Positions 9,932 through 19,568 of a DNA stretch of 64,000 nucleotides are shown here, piece by piece (the stretch's first letter is position 1; each line of letters starts with the position of its first letter). Under the pieces are notes generated by a model. That model worked only from the letters and a program-made list of their open reading frames with translations, ran no database searches and was not told the origin of the DNA. The translations under genes and the position numbers were made by a program. This DNA comes from a candidate division FCPU426 bacterium (GTDB taxonomy: Bacteria > Oederibacteriota > Muellerivitia > Muellerivitales > Muellerivitaceae). The DNA lies in contig CAVYSE010000024.1 in NCBI GenBank assembly GCA_963771075.1, positions 96,001-160,000 on the forward strand, given 5' to 3'.

Positions 9932-10465
9932 ATGGCTTCCGCGAGCAAAGTTCGGTGGGTCGGTGCGGCCCTGGCCGTCGCGCTTGGCCTGGGCGTGACG
10001 CTGTTGCTGCCCCCGCCCGCCGAGGCACCTCAAAGGCGCGACTTCAATATCGTGGCCCACAAGTATGCCTATGAGCCGCCCATCATTACGGTCAACCAGG
10101 GGGATGAGGTGCACATCAAGTTCTCCTCCCGGGACGTGACCCACGGTTTCTTCCTCGAGGGTTACGACATCGACGCCCTCGCGGAAGCCGGGAAATCCGG
10201 CATCCTTTTCAGGCATCCATCCGCGACGGACAATTTCTCCCCCGCGGACGAGATCGTTTTCAAGGCCGATAAGCGGGGCAAGTTTCGGTACCGTTGCTCC
10301 ATGACCTGCGGCTACATGCATCCCTTCATGATGGGAGTGTTGATCGTTAAGCCCAACAGCCTATTCGGGATCGCGATGGGCCTGGTCCTGGGCATCCTGT
10401 TGGCCGGGTTCATCCTGGCCTGGCCCACCCGGAAAGACCCCCAACCCCAAGGAGCGGCGTCATGA
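9932..10465 (+). CDS. Membrane-anchored CuA-type cupredoxin (COX subunit II-like domain)
   Basis: SRDVTHGF...CSMTCGYMHPFM matches H...Cx3Cx3Hx2M; N- and C-terminal hydrophobic segments. Confidence 0.8.
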   Translation: MASASKVRWVGAALAVALGLGVTLLLPPPAEAPQRRDFNIVAHKYAYEPPIITVNQGDEVHIKFSSRDVTHGFFLEGYDIDALAEAGKSGILFRHPSATDNFSPADEIVFKADKRGKFRYRCSMTCGYMHPFMMGVLIVKPNSLFGIAMGLVLGILLAGFILAWPTRKDPQPQGAAS

Positions 10466-10941
10466 AACGAAAACTTCAGGAACTCTCCGCAAAGGAGGTA
10501 CTGGGCCTGGCCATTTCCATCGAAAACTCCAACCAAAAGGCCCTTCTCAACTACTCCGGTATGTTCCATGGTTACGACGACCAGGTTTCCAAGAATTTCG
10601 CTGAATTGGCCAGTGAGGAGAACCTCCACCGGGAACTGCTGTTGAAGCAATACAAGAAATCCTACAAGGGCGCCCCGCCCAAGATGGATCCCTTCGACGT
10701 GGAGGAAGTGGTGGAAGCGCTGGATTTCGACGATTCCGAGCACCTGATCTTTGACAGCTTGAAGGCGAAGAAAGTGTTCCAACTGGCCCACGAGGCCGAG
10801 ACCCGGGCCGTGAACTTTTACAAGCGGGCCCAAAAGGCCGTGAAGAACAAGGACCTTGTGGCTTTGTTCAAGAAATTGGCCGCAATGGAAGGCGAGCACG
10901 CGAGCTGGCTGGAAGACAAAATCAAGGGAGAGAAATCATGA
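10462..10941 (+). CDS. Ferritin-like / rubrerythrin-family di-iron protein
   Basis: AISIE...EENLH and AHEAE...MEGEH di-iron ExxH repeats. Confidence 0.8.
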   Translation: MKRKLQELSAKEVLGLAISIENSNQKALLNYSGMFHGYDDQVSKNFAELASEENLHRELLLKQYKKSYKGAPPKMDPFDVEEVVEALDFDDSEHLIFDSLKAKKVFQLAHEAETRAVNFYKRAQKAVKNKDLVALFKKLAAMEGEHASWLEDKIKGEKS

Positions 10942-12449
10942 GTGAATCCGTGAATCCCATGCCCCAGCCCCTGCCTCCCGCCCGGTCGGTTCCGACCCCC
11001 TTGTCCGATCCGCCCGTCTTCACGGGGCCCAAGCCCTGGAGGCTGGACCTGTTGCAGGCCTTTCCCCCGCTCAAATGGCTGGTGAAACAGCGCTGGTTCC
11101 AGTTCGCCGTCATCCTGCCCAACCTGTTTTTGTTCCTCGTCTTTTTGGTCGCGGGGGTCTGGGGAACGCCGGTAGGGAACCGCAACATCCTCATTGTGTT
11201 CGTTTGGATCTTCTGGTGGTTCCTGCTGATCAGTTGCATGGTACCTTTCCTTTCGAGGGTCTGGTGCACGGTCTGCCCCTTCCCCTTTTTCGGGGAATGG
11301 ATCCAACGGGGCTCCATCCTCACTCCCAAAATGGCCACCCCCGGCGCGATGGGGACCAAGATCGGCATCAACCGTTATTTCGGCTTCAACCTGCGCTGGC
11401 CCAAGGCCCTTTCAAATATCTGGATGCAGAACATCGGCTTTTTGGGCCTTTGCACCTTCAGCGCTTTCTACCTGACCCGTCCCCTGGTCAGCGTGATCGT
11501 GTTGGGCAGCCTGATCGTCATCGCCACGGTCCTCCACGTGATCTTCCGCCAAAGGGCCTTCTGCAACTATGTCTGCCCCGTCTCCGGCTTCTTGAGCCTT
11601 TACGCCATGAGTTCCACGATTGAGGTTCGGTCGAGGGACCAGAACGTCTGCCAAAAGTGCCACGACAAGAGCTGCCTGGTCGGGAGCGAGAAAGGCTGGG
11701 GATGCCCCTGGTTCAACTTCCCCAGCAAGATGGAGCGCAACAACTACTGCGGCATGTGCATGGAATGCGTCAAGACCTGCCCCCACGACAACATGACCCT
11801 GAACCTGCGCCCCTTCGCCTCCGACACCAAACTCAAGGGCTACGATGAGGCCTGGAAGGCCTTCATCATGCTGGCCTTGGCGCTTGCCTACAGCGTCATC
11901 TACCTGGGCCCCTGGGGCTTTTTCAAGGACGTGGCCAATTTCGCCGAGAGCGGCCGGGGCCTGGGCTGGTTCGCCGCCTATGCCGTCTGCCTCTGGTCGC
12001 TCCCGATGCTAGTGATCCCCGGAATTTTCTCGGTGTTCCATTGGGTGGCCCGGCGGTTCGCCGGGGCCGAGTCCAAGCCCTGGAAGGAATCCTTCCTGAC
12101 CATGGCCTATCCCCTGGTGCCCCTGGGTCTTTTGGCCTGGATCGCCTTCAGCGTGCCTTTGATCTTCATCAACGGCAGCTACATCCTGGTCACTATGTCC
12201 GATCCCTTCGGCTGGGGCTGGGACCTGTTTCACACTGCCCACACTCCCTGGTCGCCCATCCTGCCCCAATGGATGCCCGCCATTCAGGTGGTCCTGATGG
12301 CCGTCGGCTTGGCCCTCACCCTGAAATCCACCTTCAAGCAGGCGGGCAAGCTCTACGAGGACCCGAAAGCCAAGTTCCGCTTCGCGGTGCCCATGGCGGT
12401 CCTCATGACCTTGATCGTGGGCCTTTTTATCCAGCTCTACGTGAATTGA
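10938..12449 (+). CDS. Polytopic membrane 4Fe-4S protein (NapH/NosR/CcoG-like polyferredoxin)
   Basis: WCTVCP, FCNYVCP, CQKCHDKSC...CP and CGMCMECVKTCP; many TM helices. Confidence 0.82.
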   Translation: MSESVNPMPQPLPPARSVPTPLSDPPVFTGPKPWRLDLLQAFPPLKWLVKQRWFQFAVILPNLFLFLVFLVAGVWGTPVGNRNILIVFVWIFWWFLLISCMVPFLSRVWCTVCPFPFFGEWIQRGSILTPKMATPGAMGTKIGINRYFGFNLRWPKALSNIWMQNIGFLGLCTFSAFYLTRPLVSVIVLGSLIVIATVLHVIFRQRAFCNYVCPVSGFLSLYAMSSTIEVRSRDQNVCQKCHDKSCLVGSEKGWGCPWFNFPSKMERNNYCGMCMECVKTCPHDNMTLNLRPFASDTKLKGYDEAWKAFIMLALALAYSVIYLGPWGFFKDVANFAESGRGLGWFAAYAVCLWSLPMLVIPGIFSVFHWVARRFAGAESKPWKESFLTMAYPLVPLGLLAWIAFSVPLIFINGSYILVTMSDPFGWGWDLFHTAHTPWSPILPQWMPAIQVVLMAVGLALTLKSTFKQAGKLYEDPKAKFRFAVPMAVLMTLIVGLFIQLYVN

Positions 12450-12462
12450 CCGGAGGAAACCC

Positions 12463-13431
12463 ATGAAACCAATGGAAATTATCGCCAGCCTGCTTGCCGT
12501 AGTCGCCGTGGTGGGAGCCTTCATCATCCCCTTCGCCTACCAGAGGCATTTCATGCAAGGGAACCTGAAAGCCCGCACCATCGTCTTGACCGGGGTGGCC
12601 ACGACCGGTATTTGGACCGAGGATGAGGTCACGGGTGCCAATTACGCCACCGGTGAGTTCAAGCCCGCCGAACTCAACCTCAAGGCGGGTGAACAAATCC
12701 GGCTGATTCTTCGTAGCGCGGATGTGGTCCACCGCTTTTACATGCCCCAATTGGGCATCGGGCCCATCGAACTCGTCCCCGGCCACACCGAGATCGTCAA
12801 TTTTCGCGCGCCCAAAGAGGGGACCTATCCCTTCTATTGCACCGCGGTCTGCGGCGACTGCCATTTCCACATGATGAACATGCACGGCTTGGTGGCCGTC
12901 GGGGACCAGGTGGTCACGAAGGACGCGGCCGTGGCCAACGACGCCCTTTGTATGGCCCATCCCGCCTCGCCGATACCCATATTTAATAACATCACCGACC
13001 GGGGCCATTTCCTCTTCCAGACCCGGGGCTGTGTCACCTGCCACGGCGTGGACGGGATAGGCGGTGTGCCCAACTTCAATTACGCCCGGGGCACGGTGCC
13101 CGCCTTGAACACCTTGGCGAACAAGATATCCCTCGAGAGCAAGGAGGAAGTGGAGGCCTTCACCAAGGTCTTGGACAAGAAAGAAGAGCCATCAAAAGAC
13201 CAGCCGGTCCCCGGAGTCTCCAATTGGGCCTTGACCCTGGCCCAGTACCAGTCGGTCTTGAAGACGATCGAGGGGGGAAGCCCCCCCCTGAAGGCCGACC
13301 CCAAGGGCCCCGAGCCTCCTCTCTTCATGCCCAGCTGGAAGGAAAACCTCAATCGCGAGCAGATCCACTCAATCGTGGCTTTTTTGATCTCGGAACAAAA
13401 GTTCGAGGAAAAGACGGGATGGGGGAATTAG
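12463..13431 (+). CDS. CuA-type cupredoxin-cytochrome c fusion
   Basis: SADVVH...CTAVCGDCHFHM, then CVTCH heme motif and distal MP; N-terminal TM anchor. Confidence 0.8.
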   Translation: MKPMEIIASLLAVVAVVGAFIIPFAYQRHFMQGNLKARTIVLTGVATTGIWTEDEVTGANYATGEFKPAELNLKAGEQIRLILRSADVVHRFYMPQLGIGPIELVPGHTEIVNFRAPKEGTYPFYCTAVCGDCHFHMMNMHGLVAVGDQVVTKDAAVANDALCMAHPASPIPIFNNITDRGHFLFQTRGCVTCHGVDGIGGVPNFNYARGTVPALNTLANKISLESKEEVEAFTKVLDKKEEPSKDQPVPGVSNWALTLAQYQSVLKTIEGGSPPLKADPKGPEPPLFMPSWKENLNREQIHSIVAFLISEQKFEEKTGWGN

Positions 13432-13492
13432 TTAGGGGAGAAGTTTTTTGAGCCGAAGGCGGGTGTCGTTCAATAAACTTAGGAGGAAGTGC

Positions 13493-14848
13493 ATGTTTTT
13501 TAAATCCAAGAAAATTTGGCTGGGAGCGTTCCTGACGGCCCTGGCCTTTGCGGTGGGCGTTCAAACCGCCCAGGCTTTGCCCAGTTTCGCCCGGCAAACC
13601 GGCATGTCCTGCGCGGCCTGCCACACGGTTTATCCGGAGTTAACGACCTATGGTAGGACCTTCAAACTTAACGGCTATACCACGACCAACACGGACGAAC
13701 TGAAGGACGGAACCGACGAGGCCGGATACCGGCTGGAAATCAACAACGTCCCCCCCTTGGCCGCCATGATTCAGATATCCGATACCTGGGTGAGCAAGCC
13801 GGTGACAGGGAGCGGGGCCGATCAGGGAAACGATGGCAATGGGAATTTGGAATTCCCCAACCAGCTGAGCCTCTTCTACGCGGGGCGCATCTCCCCCAAC
13901 ATGGGGGCCTTTGTGCAGATCACTTATGATTCCGGCTCCGGCGCCCTGGGCATGGACAACACCGACATCCGGTTGACCACCCGCACCCAGATCGCCAACA
14001 CGGACCTGGTGCTCGGCCTCACCGCCAACAATAACCCAACTGTCCAAGACGTGTTCAACACGGCCCCCGCCTGGAGTTTTCCCTACTCGGGCAATCAGGC
14101 GGGTTTTGGCGTCCCAGCCATGACCCAATTGGAAAGTTTAGGTGGGGGAAAAGTGGCCGGTCTGGGGGGCTACGCCTTCTGGAACCAGCTCCTTTACGCT
14201 GAAATTTCCGCCTACCGGGCGGCCTACCAGGGTTGGAACAACTCCCCCGCCTCTGACACCTACCAGACCATCCAAGGCTACGCTCCCTATTGGCGGGTCG
14301 CCTTGACCCAGGATTTCGATAAGAGTTCGGTTGAGGTCGGCGCGTTCGGTATGTATGGCCACACGGTTCCCAACGGTTCAGTCATGCCTGCGGGCGCCCA
14401 GGATCAACTGACGGACACGGCCATCGACGCCCAGTACCAATATGTGGACAAGGAAAACGCCTTCACCCTGAAGGGAAGCGAGATCTGGGAGAACCAGGTC
14501 TGGGATTATTCCAGGCTGAACGCCGGGACAAACCCGAACGACACCCTTCGGTCCCTTAAAATAGACGGCACCTATTATTACAACCGGATCATTGGAGCCA
14601 CCCTGGGGGTCTTCTCCACCACCGGCTCGGGGGACCCGGGTCTCTACGGCACGAACGACGTCACCAACACGCCCGACACCGAGGGCTATGTGGCCGAAAT
14701 CAACTTCGTGCCCTGGTACAACACCAAGTTCCAGCTTCAATACGTCGGTTTCACCAAGTACAACGGATCGACGGACAATTATGACGGGAATGGCCGGAAC
14801 GCCTCGGATAACAACACCCTCATGGCCATGGCCTGGTTGATGTACTAA
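13493..14848 (+). CDS. cyc2: Cyc2-like monoheme cytochrome c-outer-membrane porin fusion
   Basis: Signal peptide, then ALPSFARQTGMSCAACHTVYPELTTYGRTFKLNGY (Cyc2 N-terminal signature), beta-strand-rich body and aromatic C-terminus; AGGAGG RBS. Confidence 0.82.
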   Translation: MFFKSKKIWLGAFLTALAFAVGVQTAQALPSFARQTGMSCAACHTVYPELTTYGRTFKLNGYTTTNTDELKDGTDEAGYRLEINNVPPLAAMIQISDTWVSKPVTGSGADQGNDGNGNLEFPNQLSLFYAGRISPNMGAFVQITYDSGSGALGMDNTDIRLTTRTQIANTDLVLGLTANNNPTVQDVFNTAPAWSFPYSGNQAGFGVPAMTQLESLGGGKVAGLGGYAFWNQLLYAEISAYRAAYQGWNNSPASDTYQTIQGYAPYWRVALTQDFDKSSVEVGAFGMYGHTVPNGSVMPAGAQDQLTDTAIDAQYQYVDKENAFTLKGSEIWENQVWDYSRLNAGTNPNDTLRSLKIDGTYYYNRIIGATLGVFSTTGSGDPGLYGTNDVTNTPDTEGYVAEINFVPWYNTKFQLQYVGFTKYNGSTDNYDGNGRNASDNNTLMAMAWLMY

Positions 14849-14872
14849 AAACACCCTTTATCCAGCTGGTTT

Positions 14873-14903
14873 AAAAAAGCCGCCGCCCCCGGCGGCTTTT
14901 TTT
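14873..14903 (+). terminator. Bidirectional Rho-independent terminator
   Basis: AAAAAAGCCGCCG-cccc-CGGCGGCTTTTTTT. Confidence 0.85.
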
Positions 14904-15355
14904 ATTTAACTTCCAGCTAACCCAAACGCGGATCCTGGTGGGACGATCCTACCCGGACCGCCAGGGTTTCGATCCCATTGATCCCCATCGGGTGTATGCC
15001 GGGTCGTTTCGGTATATAGGGTTCGATTTACTTTGGATGGGACGGGTCAAGCCGCCAATCGGCTTTTACGAGCAAATTGGCGTAAAGGGCCCGATCGATA
15101 GGATGGTTATCAAGTTGATAATCGGTTTTGTCCAGAAAAGATTACAAAGAATAAGGCGAAAATTGTCTTTTCATATCAAGATGAGAGTAGAATCAAATCG
15201 ATTGAACGATTAGAAACCCGTTCCTCACCGGCCCCGGCGAATGTCTTAACGGAATCCGAATCAAACCATTTCCTTCCTTTGGTTCAACCAACTCGGCCCA
15301 AGTTTCATCCCTGAAAAGAATCACTAGGGGATTGAAGTCCCCTTAGGAGAAATCA

Positions 15356-16986
15356 ATGCGCGTCGAAGACCTTAACCTCAAGGAACTATTGGAATTAGAC
15401 CCGGAGGGAGGAAAGGTTCGTTTCGCCGGCCAAAGGGCTTTGATCTTCGACGCCGTTTCCCAAGGGCTCCTCCGCAAAGAACTCATCGAGTACCTACGGG
15501 GAGAGGACCGCCCGGGGCATCCTCAGCCGCTACGGCTACATCCACGGGCGGCGCCTGGCCGAGACCCTGAAAAACAAATTCAAATGGGACACGGAAGAGG
15601 ACTGGAAAAAAGCGGGCGCCCGGATCTACGCCCTGCAGGGTCTTTTCATGCAGGACCCGGATGGGCCCGCCACATTCGGGCCGGAGGGCGGCACTTGGCG
15701 GGTTTCCTACGAGGCCGAACAGCACCTGCTCCACATGGGCCGCTCGGATTCCCCGGTGTGCTGGAACCTGTGCGGGCTGATCAGCGGTTATTTAAGTTTC
15801 ACTTCCGATAAGGAAATGTACGCCCTGGAGGACAAGTGCGTCGGGAAGGGCGACACCGCCTGCCACGTGGTGATCAAGTCCGAGGAGGAATGGGGCGGCG
15901 AGGCGGGCGGGGAATTGGCGGTTTTCAAGCGCATGGGCATCGACGACGCCCTTCGGGATGTCACCTCCACGCTGAAACGGACGGAAATCGAGCTGCGGGA
16001 AAAGACCCGCAAACTGGCGGTCATCGCCAAGATCGAGGAGGACCCGGCGGAACTCATGGCCCGAAGCCCGGAGATGCGCAAACTGATGGAACTGGCCAAG
16101 ACCATCGCCGCCATCGATTCCACGGTGTTGATCACCGGCGAGAGCGGGACGGGCAAGGAACGCGTGGCCCGGTTCGTCCACGACAACTCGTCCCACGCGC
16201 AGGGGCCCTTCATCGCCATCAATTGCGGGGCCATCACCGAGACCCTGCTCGAAAGCGAGCTTTTCGGCCACGCGCGCGGGGCCTTCACCGGCGCCACGTC
16301 GGACCGGGCCGGGCTTTTCGAGGCGGCCAACGGCGGGACGCTCTTCCTGGACGAGGTGGGGGAAATCTCCCTTCCCATGCAGGTGAAGCTCCTGCGGGCC
16401 ATCCAGGAGAGGGAAGTGCGCCGGGTGGGGGAGAACAAGACCCGCCCGGGTCAACGTGCGCATCGTCAGCGCCACCAACAAGGACCTGTCCCGCGAGGTG
16501 ACGGAAAAGAGGTTCCGGGGCGACCTTTATTACCGCCTGAACGTGGTGGAATTGGCCGTGCCGTCCCTGCGCAAACGCCGGGAGGACATCCTCCCCCTGG
16601 CCCGGCTTTTATTGGCGGAAGCGGCCCTGCAGATGAAAAGGCCCGTGGACGGGCTGACCTCCCCGGCGGCGGACCAGCTGTTGGAGTATTCCTGGCCGGG
16701 CAACGTGCGGGAGCTGGCGAACGCCATGGAAAGGGCGGTGGCGGTGGCGAAAACGAACCGGGTGGATCTGGGGGACCTGCCTCCCCAGGTGATTTCGGTG
16801 GCGCCGCCGGTCCTCAGGCAGGGCGAGACCCGGCTCATGAAGGACGTGGAGAGGGATTGCATCCTGAACGCCCTGGAAAAAACGGACGGCAACCGGAGGA
16901 AAGCGGCCGACCTGATGGGCCTGGGCGTGGCGACCCTGTACCGCAAACTCAAGGCCTACAAGCTCCTGGACAAGGTGAAGGACTGA
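15356..16986 (+). pseudogene. XylR/DmpR-type sigma54 enhancer-binding activator (XylR_N, V4R, AAA+, Fis HTH) with two +1 frameshifts
   Basis: Three ORF pieces join into one protein: [53 protein letters not shown]. Extra base near 15491 and near 16450. Confidence 0.85.
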
Positions 16987-17113
16987 TCTTCCGGCATTCC
17001 GGATTTAAGGCGGACCAAACAAAAGTAGTTCGGCCGGTTCGGTGGCGGTGAAGGACAGCTGATCCGGAAGGCGTTTTTTTTTAGTCCCAGAGCAAAAAAG
17101 CGGGGTGTAATTT

Positions 17114-17128
17114 CTATCAATATGATAG
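17114..17128. promoter_or_regulatory. Palindromic enhancer-like box
   Basis: CTATCAATATGATAG; the same family occurs at 15107, 15173, 21539/21561, 24633/24656, 26446/26469 and 29173/29194. Confidence 0.6.
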
Positions 17129-17312
17129 TTCTTCTCGCGATGCCAAGATCCCGAATGACAATCCGCGCGAGCGCCCCTGCGTTCTATCGGTTCTCCTTCC
17201 CGTTCGGTGTTAGAGTGGCCGGGTCGGCGGCGCGTCCTCTCGCGGATGGGCCCCACCCTTCGGAGGATTCATCCCCAACCCAACCGCTTCCAAGACCATC
17301 CGCAAAATCGCC

Positions 17313-19568
17313 ATGCTGGGCAGTCACCTTCCACGCCTTTGCGGTATCGCCACCTTTACTTCCGACCTGAGCGACGCCCTCCAGGGTTCCTTCCCCGGGA
17401 TCGACCTGTTCAACCTGGCCATGAACGACGGCGAGCGGCGCTACGCCTACCCCGGCCGCGTCCGCTTCGAGCTGGAAGAAAACGACTTGGATTCCTACCG
17501 CCGGGCCGCCGATTTCCTGAATGTCAACACGGTGGACGTGTTGTGTCTCCAGCACGAGTACGGGATTTTCGGCGGCAAGGCTGGGAGCCACCTGTTGGTG
17601 CTCCTGCGCGAGCTTCGGATGCCCGTCGTCACGACCCTCCATACCATCCTCACCGAACCCAACGAGGTACAGCGTGCCGTCATGGATGAGCTCGCCTCCC
17701 TTTCCGAGCGCCTCGTGGTCATGACCTCCCACGGCGCCGCCACGCTCCAGGCGGTCCATGGGGTTCCCGCCCGCAAGATCGACCTGATCCCCCACGGCAT
17801 TCCCTCCGTCCCCTTCGACTGCCCGAACAAGGACCAGCTGGGCGTGGAGGGCAAGAAGGTGCTCCTCACCTTCGGGCTTCTCTCGCCGGACAAGGGAATC
17901 GAGAACGTCATCGAAGCCCTGCCGGCCATCCTGGCCCGGCATCCGGACACGGTTTACATCGTCCTGGGCGCCACCCACCCCCATGTCAAGGCCCATCAGG
18001 GGGAGATGTACCGGTTGGGGCTGGAAAACCGGGCCAAAAAGCTTGGCGTGGACTCGGCCGTTCTATTCCACAACCGCTTCGTCAGCCAGGAGGAACTCAC
18101 CCAGTTCCTTTCCGCCGCCGATATCTACGTCACGCCCTACCTCAACAAGGAACAAACCACCTCGGGCACCCTGGCCTACGCCTTGGGGTCGGGCCGAGCC
18201 GTCATCTCCACCCCCTATTGGCACGCCAGTGAGCTTCTCGCCGAGGGGCGCGGCATCCTGGTTCCCTGGAAGGACCCTCCCGCCATCGCCGAGGCGGTGA
18301 ACGACCTGCTTTCCAACGACGCCAAAAGGCTGGCCATGCGCCAGCGCGCCGCCGATTTGGGTAAGGAAATGCTTTGGCCCGCGGTGGGAATCCGGTATTT
18401 AAAAAGCTTCGAGCGGGCCCGGACGGAACAGGGGGCTAGGCTGAAGTCCGTGTTCCAGGCCAAAACCCTCATCCAGCAGCCCCTCGATTGGCCCGACATC
18501 AAACTCGACCACCTGCGCGTGATGACCGACGGGACCGGCCTCTTTCAGCACGCGGCCTTCAGCATCCCCCGTTACGAGGACGGCTACTGCCTGGACGACA
18601 ACGCGCGGGCGCTGCTTCTCATGACTTCCCTGGAGGACGCGGGCGCGGCCAACCGGCGGGAAACCCGCGCCCTGGCCATCCGTTACCTCGCCTTCGTGAA
18701 CCACGCTTATAACGCGGACAAGGGCCGTTTCCGGAATTTCCTTTCCTTCTCCAGGAATTGGACGGAGGAATCCGGGTCCGAGGAAAGCCACGGGCGGGCC
18801 CTTTGGGCGCTGGGAAACGTGGTGGGGCGCGCCGCCGAACCCGGGCGCCTGAGCCTGAGCAGCGGCCTCTTCCACGCGGCCTTGCCGGCGATCCAGGGTT
18901 TCTCCAGCCCGCGCGCCTGGGCCTACGCCCTATTGGGGATCGGCGAATACCTGCGCGCCTTCGGGGGCGACCGGGGCGTGCAATCGGCGGGAAGGACCAT
19001 CGCCGAGCGACTGTTGGGGCTTTACCATCGGACCCAAACCGGCGAATGGCCCTGGTTCGAGGACAAGGTCACCTACTGCAACGCGCGGCTTTCCCAGGCG
19101 CTGGTCGTTTCGGGAAGATGGATGGGGGACAAGGCCATGATCGAGGCCGGCCTGGCATCCCTTTCCTGGCTCTCCTCCATCCAACGCACGGAGGAGGACG
19201 GGGCCTTCGCTCCCGTGGGCTCCAACGGTTTTTACAAACGCGGCGAATCCAAGGCCTTCTTCGACCAGCAGCCCGTGGAAGCCTGCGGCATGGTGTCCGC
19301 CTGCCTGGAGGCCTACCGGGTGACGGGCGATGGCCATTGGTTGGAACAGGCCCGGCGGGCCTTCAATTGGTTTTTGGGGGAAAACCAGCTGCGGCAGCCC
19401 CTGTATGACGTGGCGACCGGCGGGTGCCGTGACGGCCTCCATGCCGACCGCGTGAACGAGAACGAGGGCGCCGAATCGACGCTTTCCTTCCTGCTCGCGC
19501 TCTGGGAGATGCGCTCCGCCGACGGTACCGGCGGGGTGAAACCAACCGAATGGGGGTCCAGGCGATGA
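17313..19568 (+). CDS. GT4 glycosyltransferase with C-terminal helical glycoside-hydrolase-like domain
   Basis: PRLCGIATF, QHEYGIFGG, FGLLSPDKGIE, SGTLAYA; C-terminal YCLDDNARAL, FDQQPVEA, NEGAEST. True start may be 17271. Confidence 0.85.
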   Translation: MLGSHLPRLCGIATFTSDLSDALQGSFPGIDLFNLAMNDGERRYAYPGRVRFELEENDLDSYRRAADFLNVNTVDVLCLQHEYGIFGGKAGSHLLVLLRELRMPVVTTLHTILTEPNEVQRAVMDELASLSERLVVMTSHGAATLQAVHGVPARKIDLIPHGIPSVPFDCPNKDQLGVEGKKVLLTFGLLSPDKGIENVIEALPAILARHPDTVYIVLGATHPHVKAHQGEMYRLGLENRAKKLGVDSAVLFHNRFVSQEELTQFLSAADIYVTPYLNKEQTTSGTLAYALGSGRAVISTPYWHASELLAEGRGILVPWKDPPAIAEAVNDLLSNDAKRLAMRQRAADLGKEMLWPAVGIRYLKSFERARTEQGARLKSVFQAKTLIQQPLDWPDIKLDHLRVMTDGTGLFQHAAFSIPRYEDGYCLDDNARALLLMTSLEDAGAANRRETRALAIRYLAFVNHAYNADKGRFRNFLSFSRNWTEESGSEESHGRALWALGNVVGRAAEPGRLSLSSGLFHAALPAIQGFSSPRAWAYALLGIGEYLRAFGGDRGVQSAGRTIAERLLGLYHRTQTGEWPWFEDKVTYCNARLSQALVVSGRWMGDKAMIEAGLASLSWLSSIQRTEEDGAFAPVGSNGFYKRGESKAFFDQQPVEACGMVSACLEAYRVTGDGHWLEQARRAFNWFLGENQLRQPLYDVATGGCRDGLHADRVNENEGAESTLSFLLALWEMRSADGTGGVKPTEWGSRR

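Noticed and set aside
9932..13431. Cytochrome c oxidase (coxB) or nos operon
   Set aside because: No heme-copper subunit I and no NosZ/NosD in the window; only CuA-type domains are supported.
16450..17051. C-terminal third of the 467-aa ORF 15648-17051
   Set aside because: Out-of-frame read-through after the frameshift; the real AAA+/HTH continues in 16456-16986.
17229..17243. sigma54 promoter for the GT4 gene
   Set aside because: GG to GC spacing is 11 rather than the strict 10 nt.
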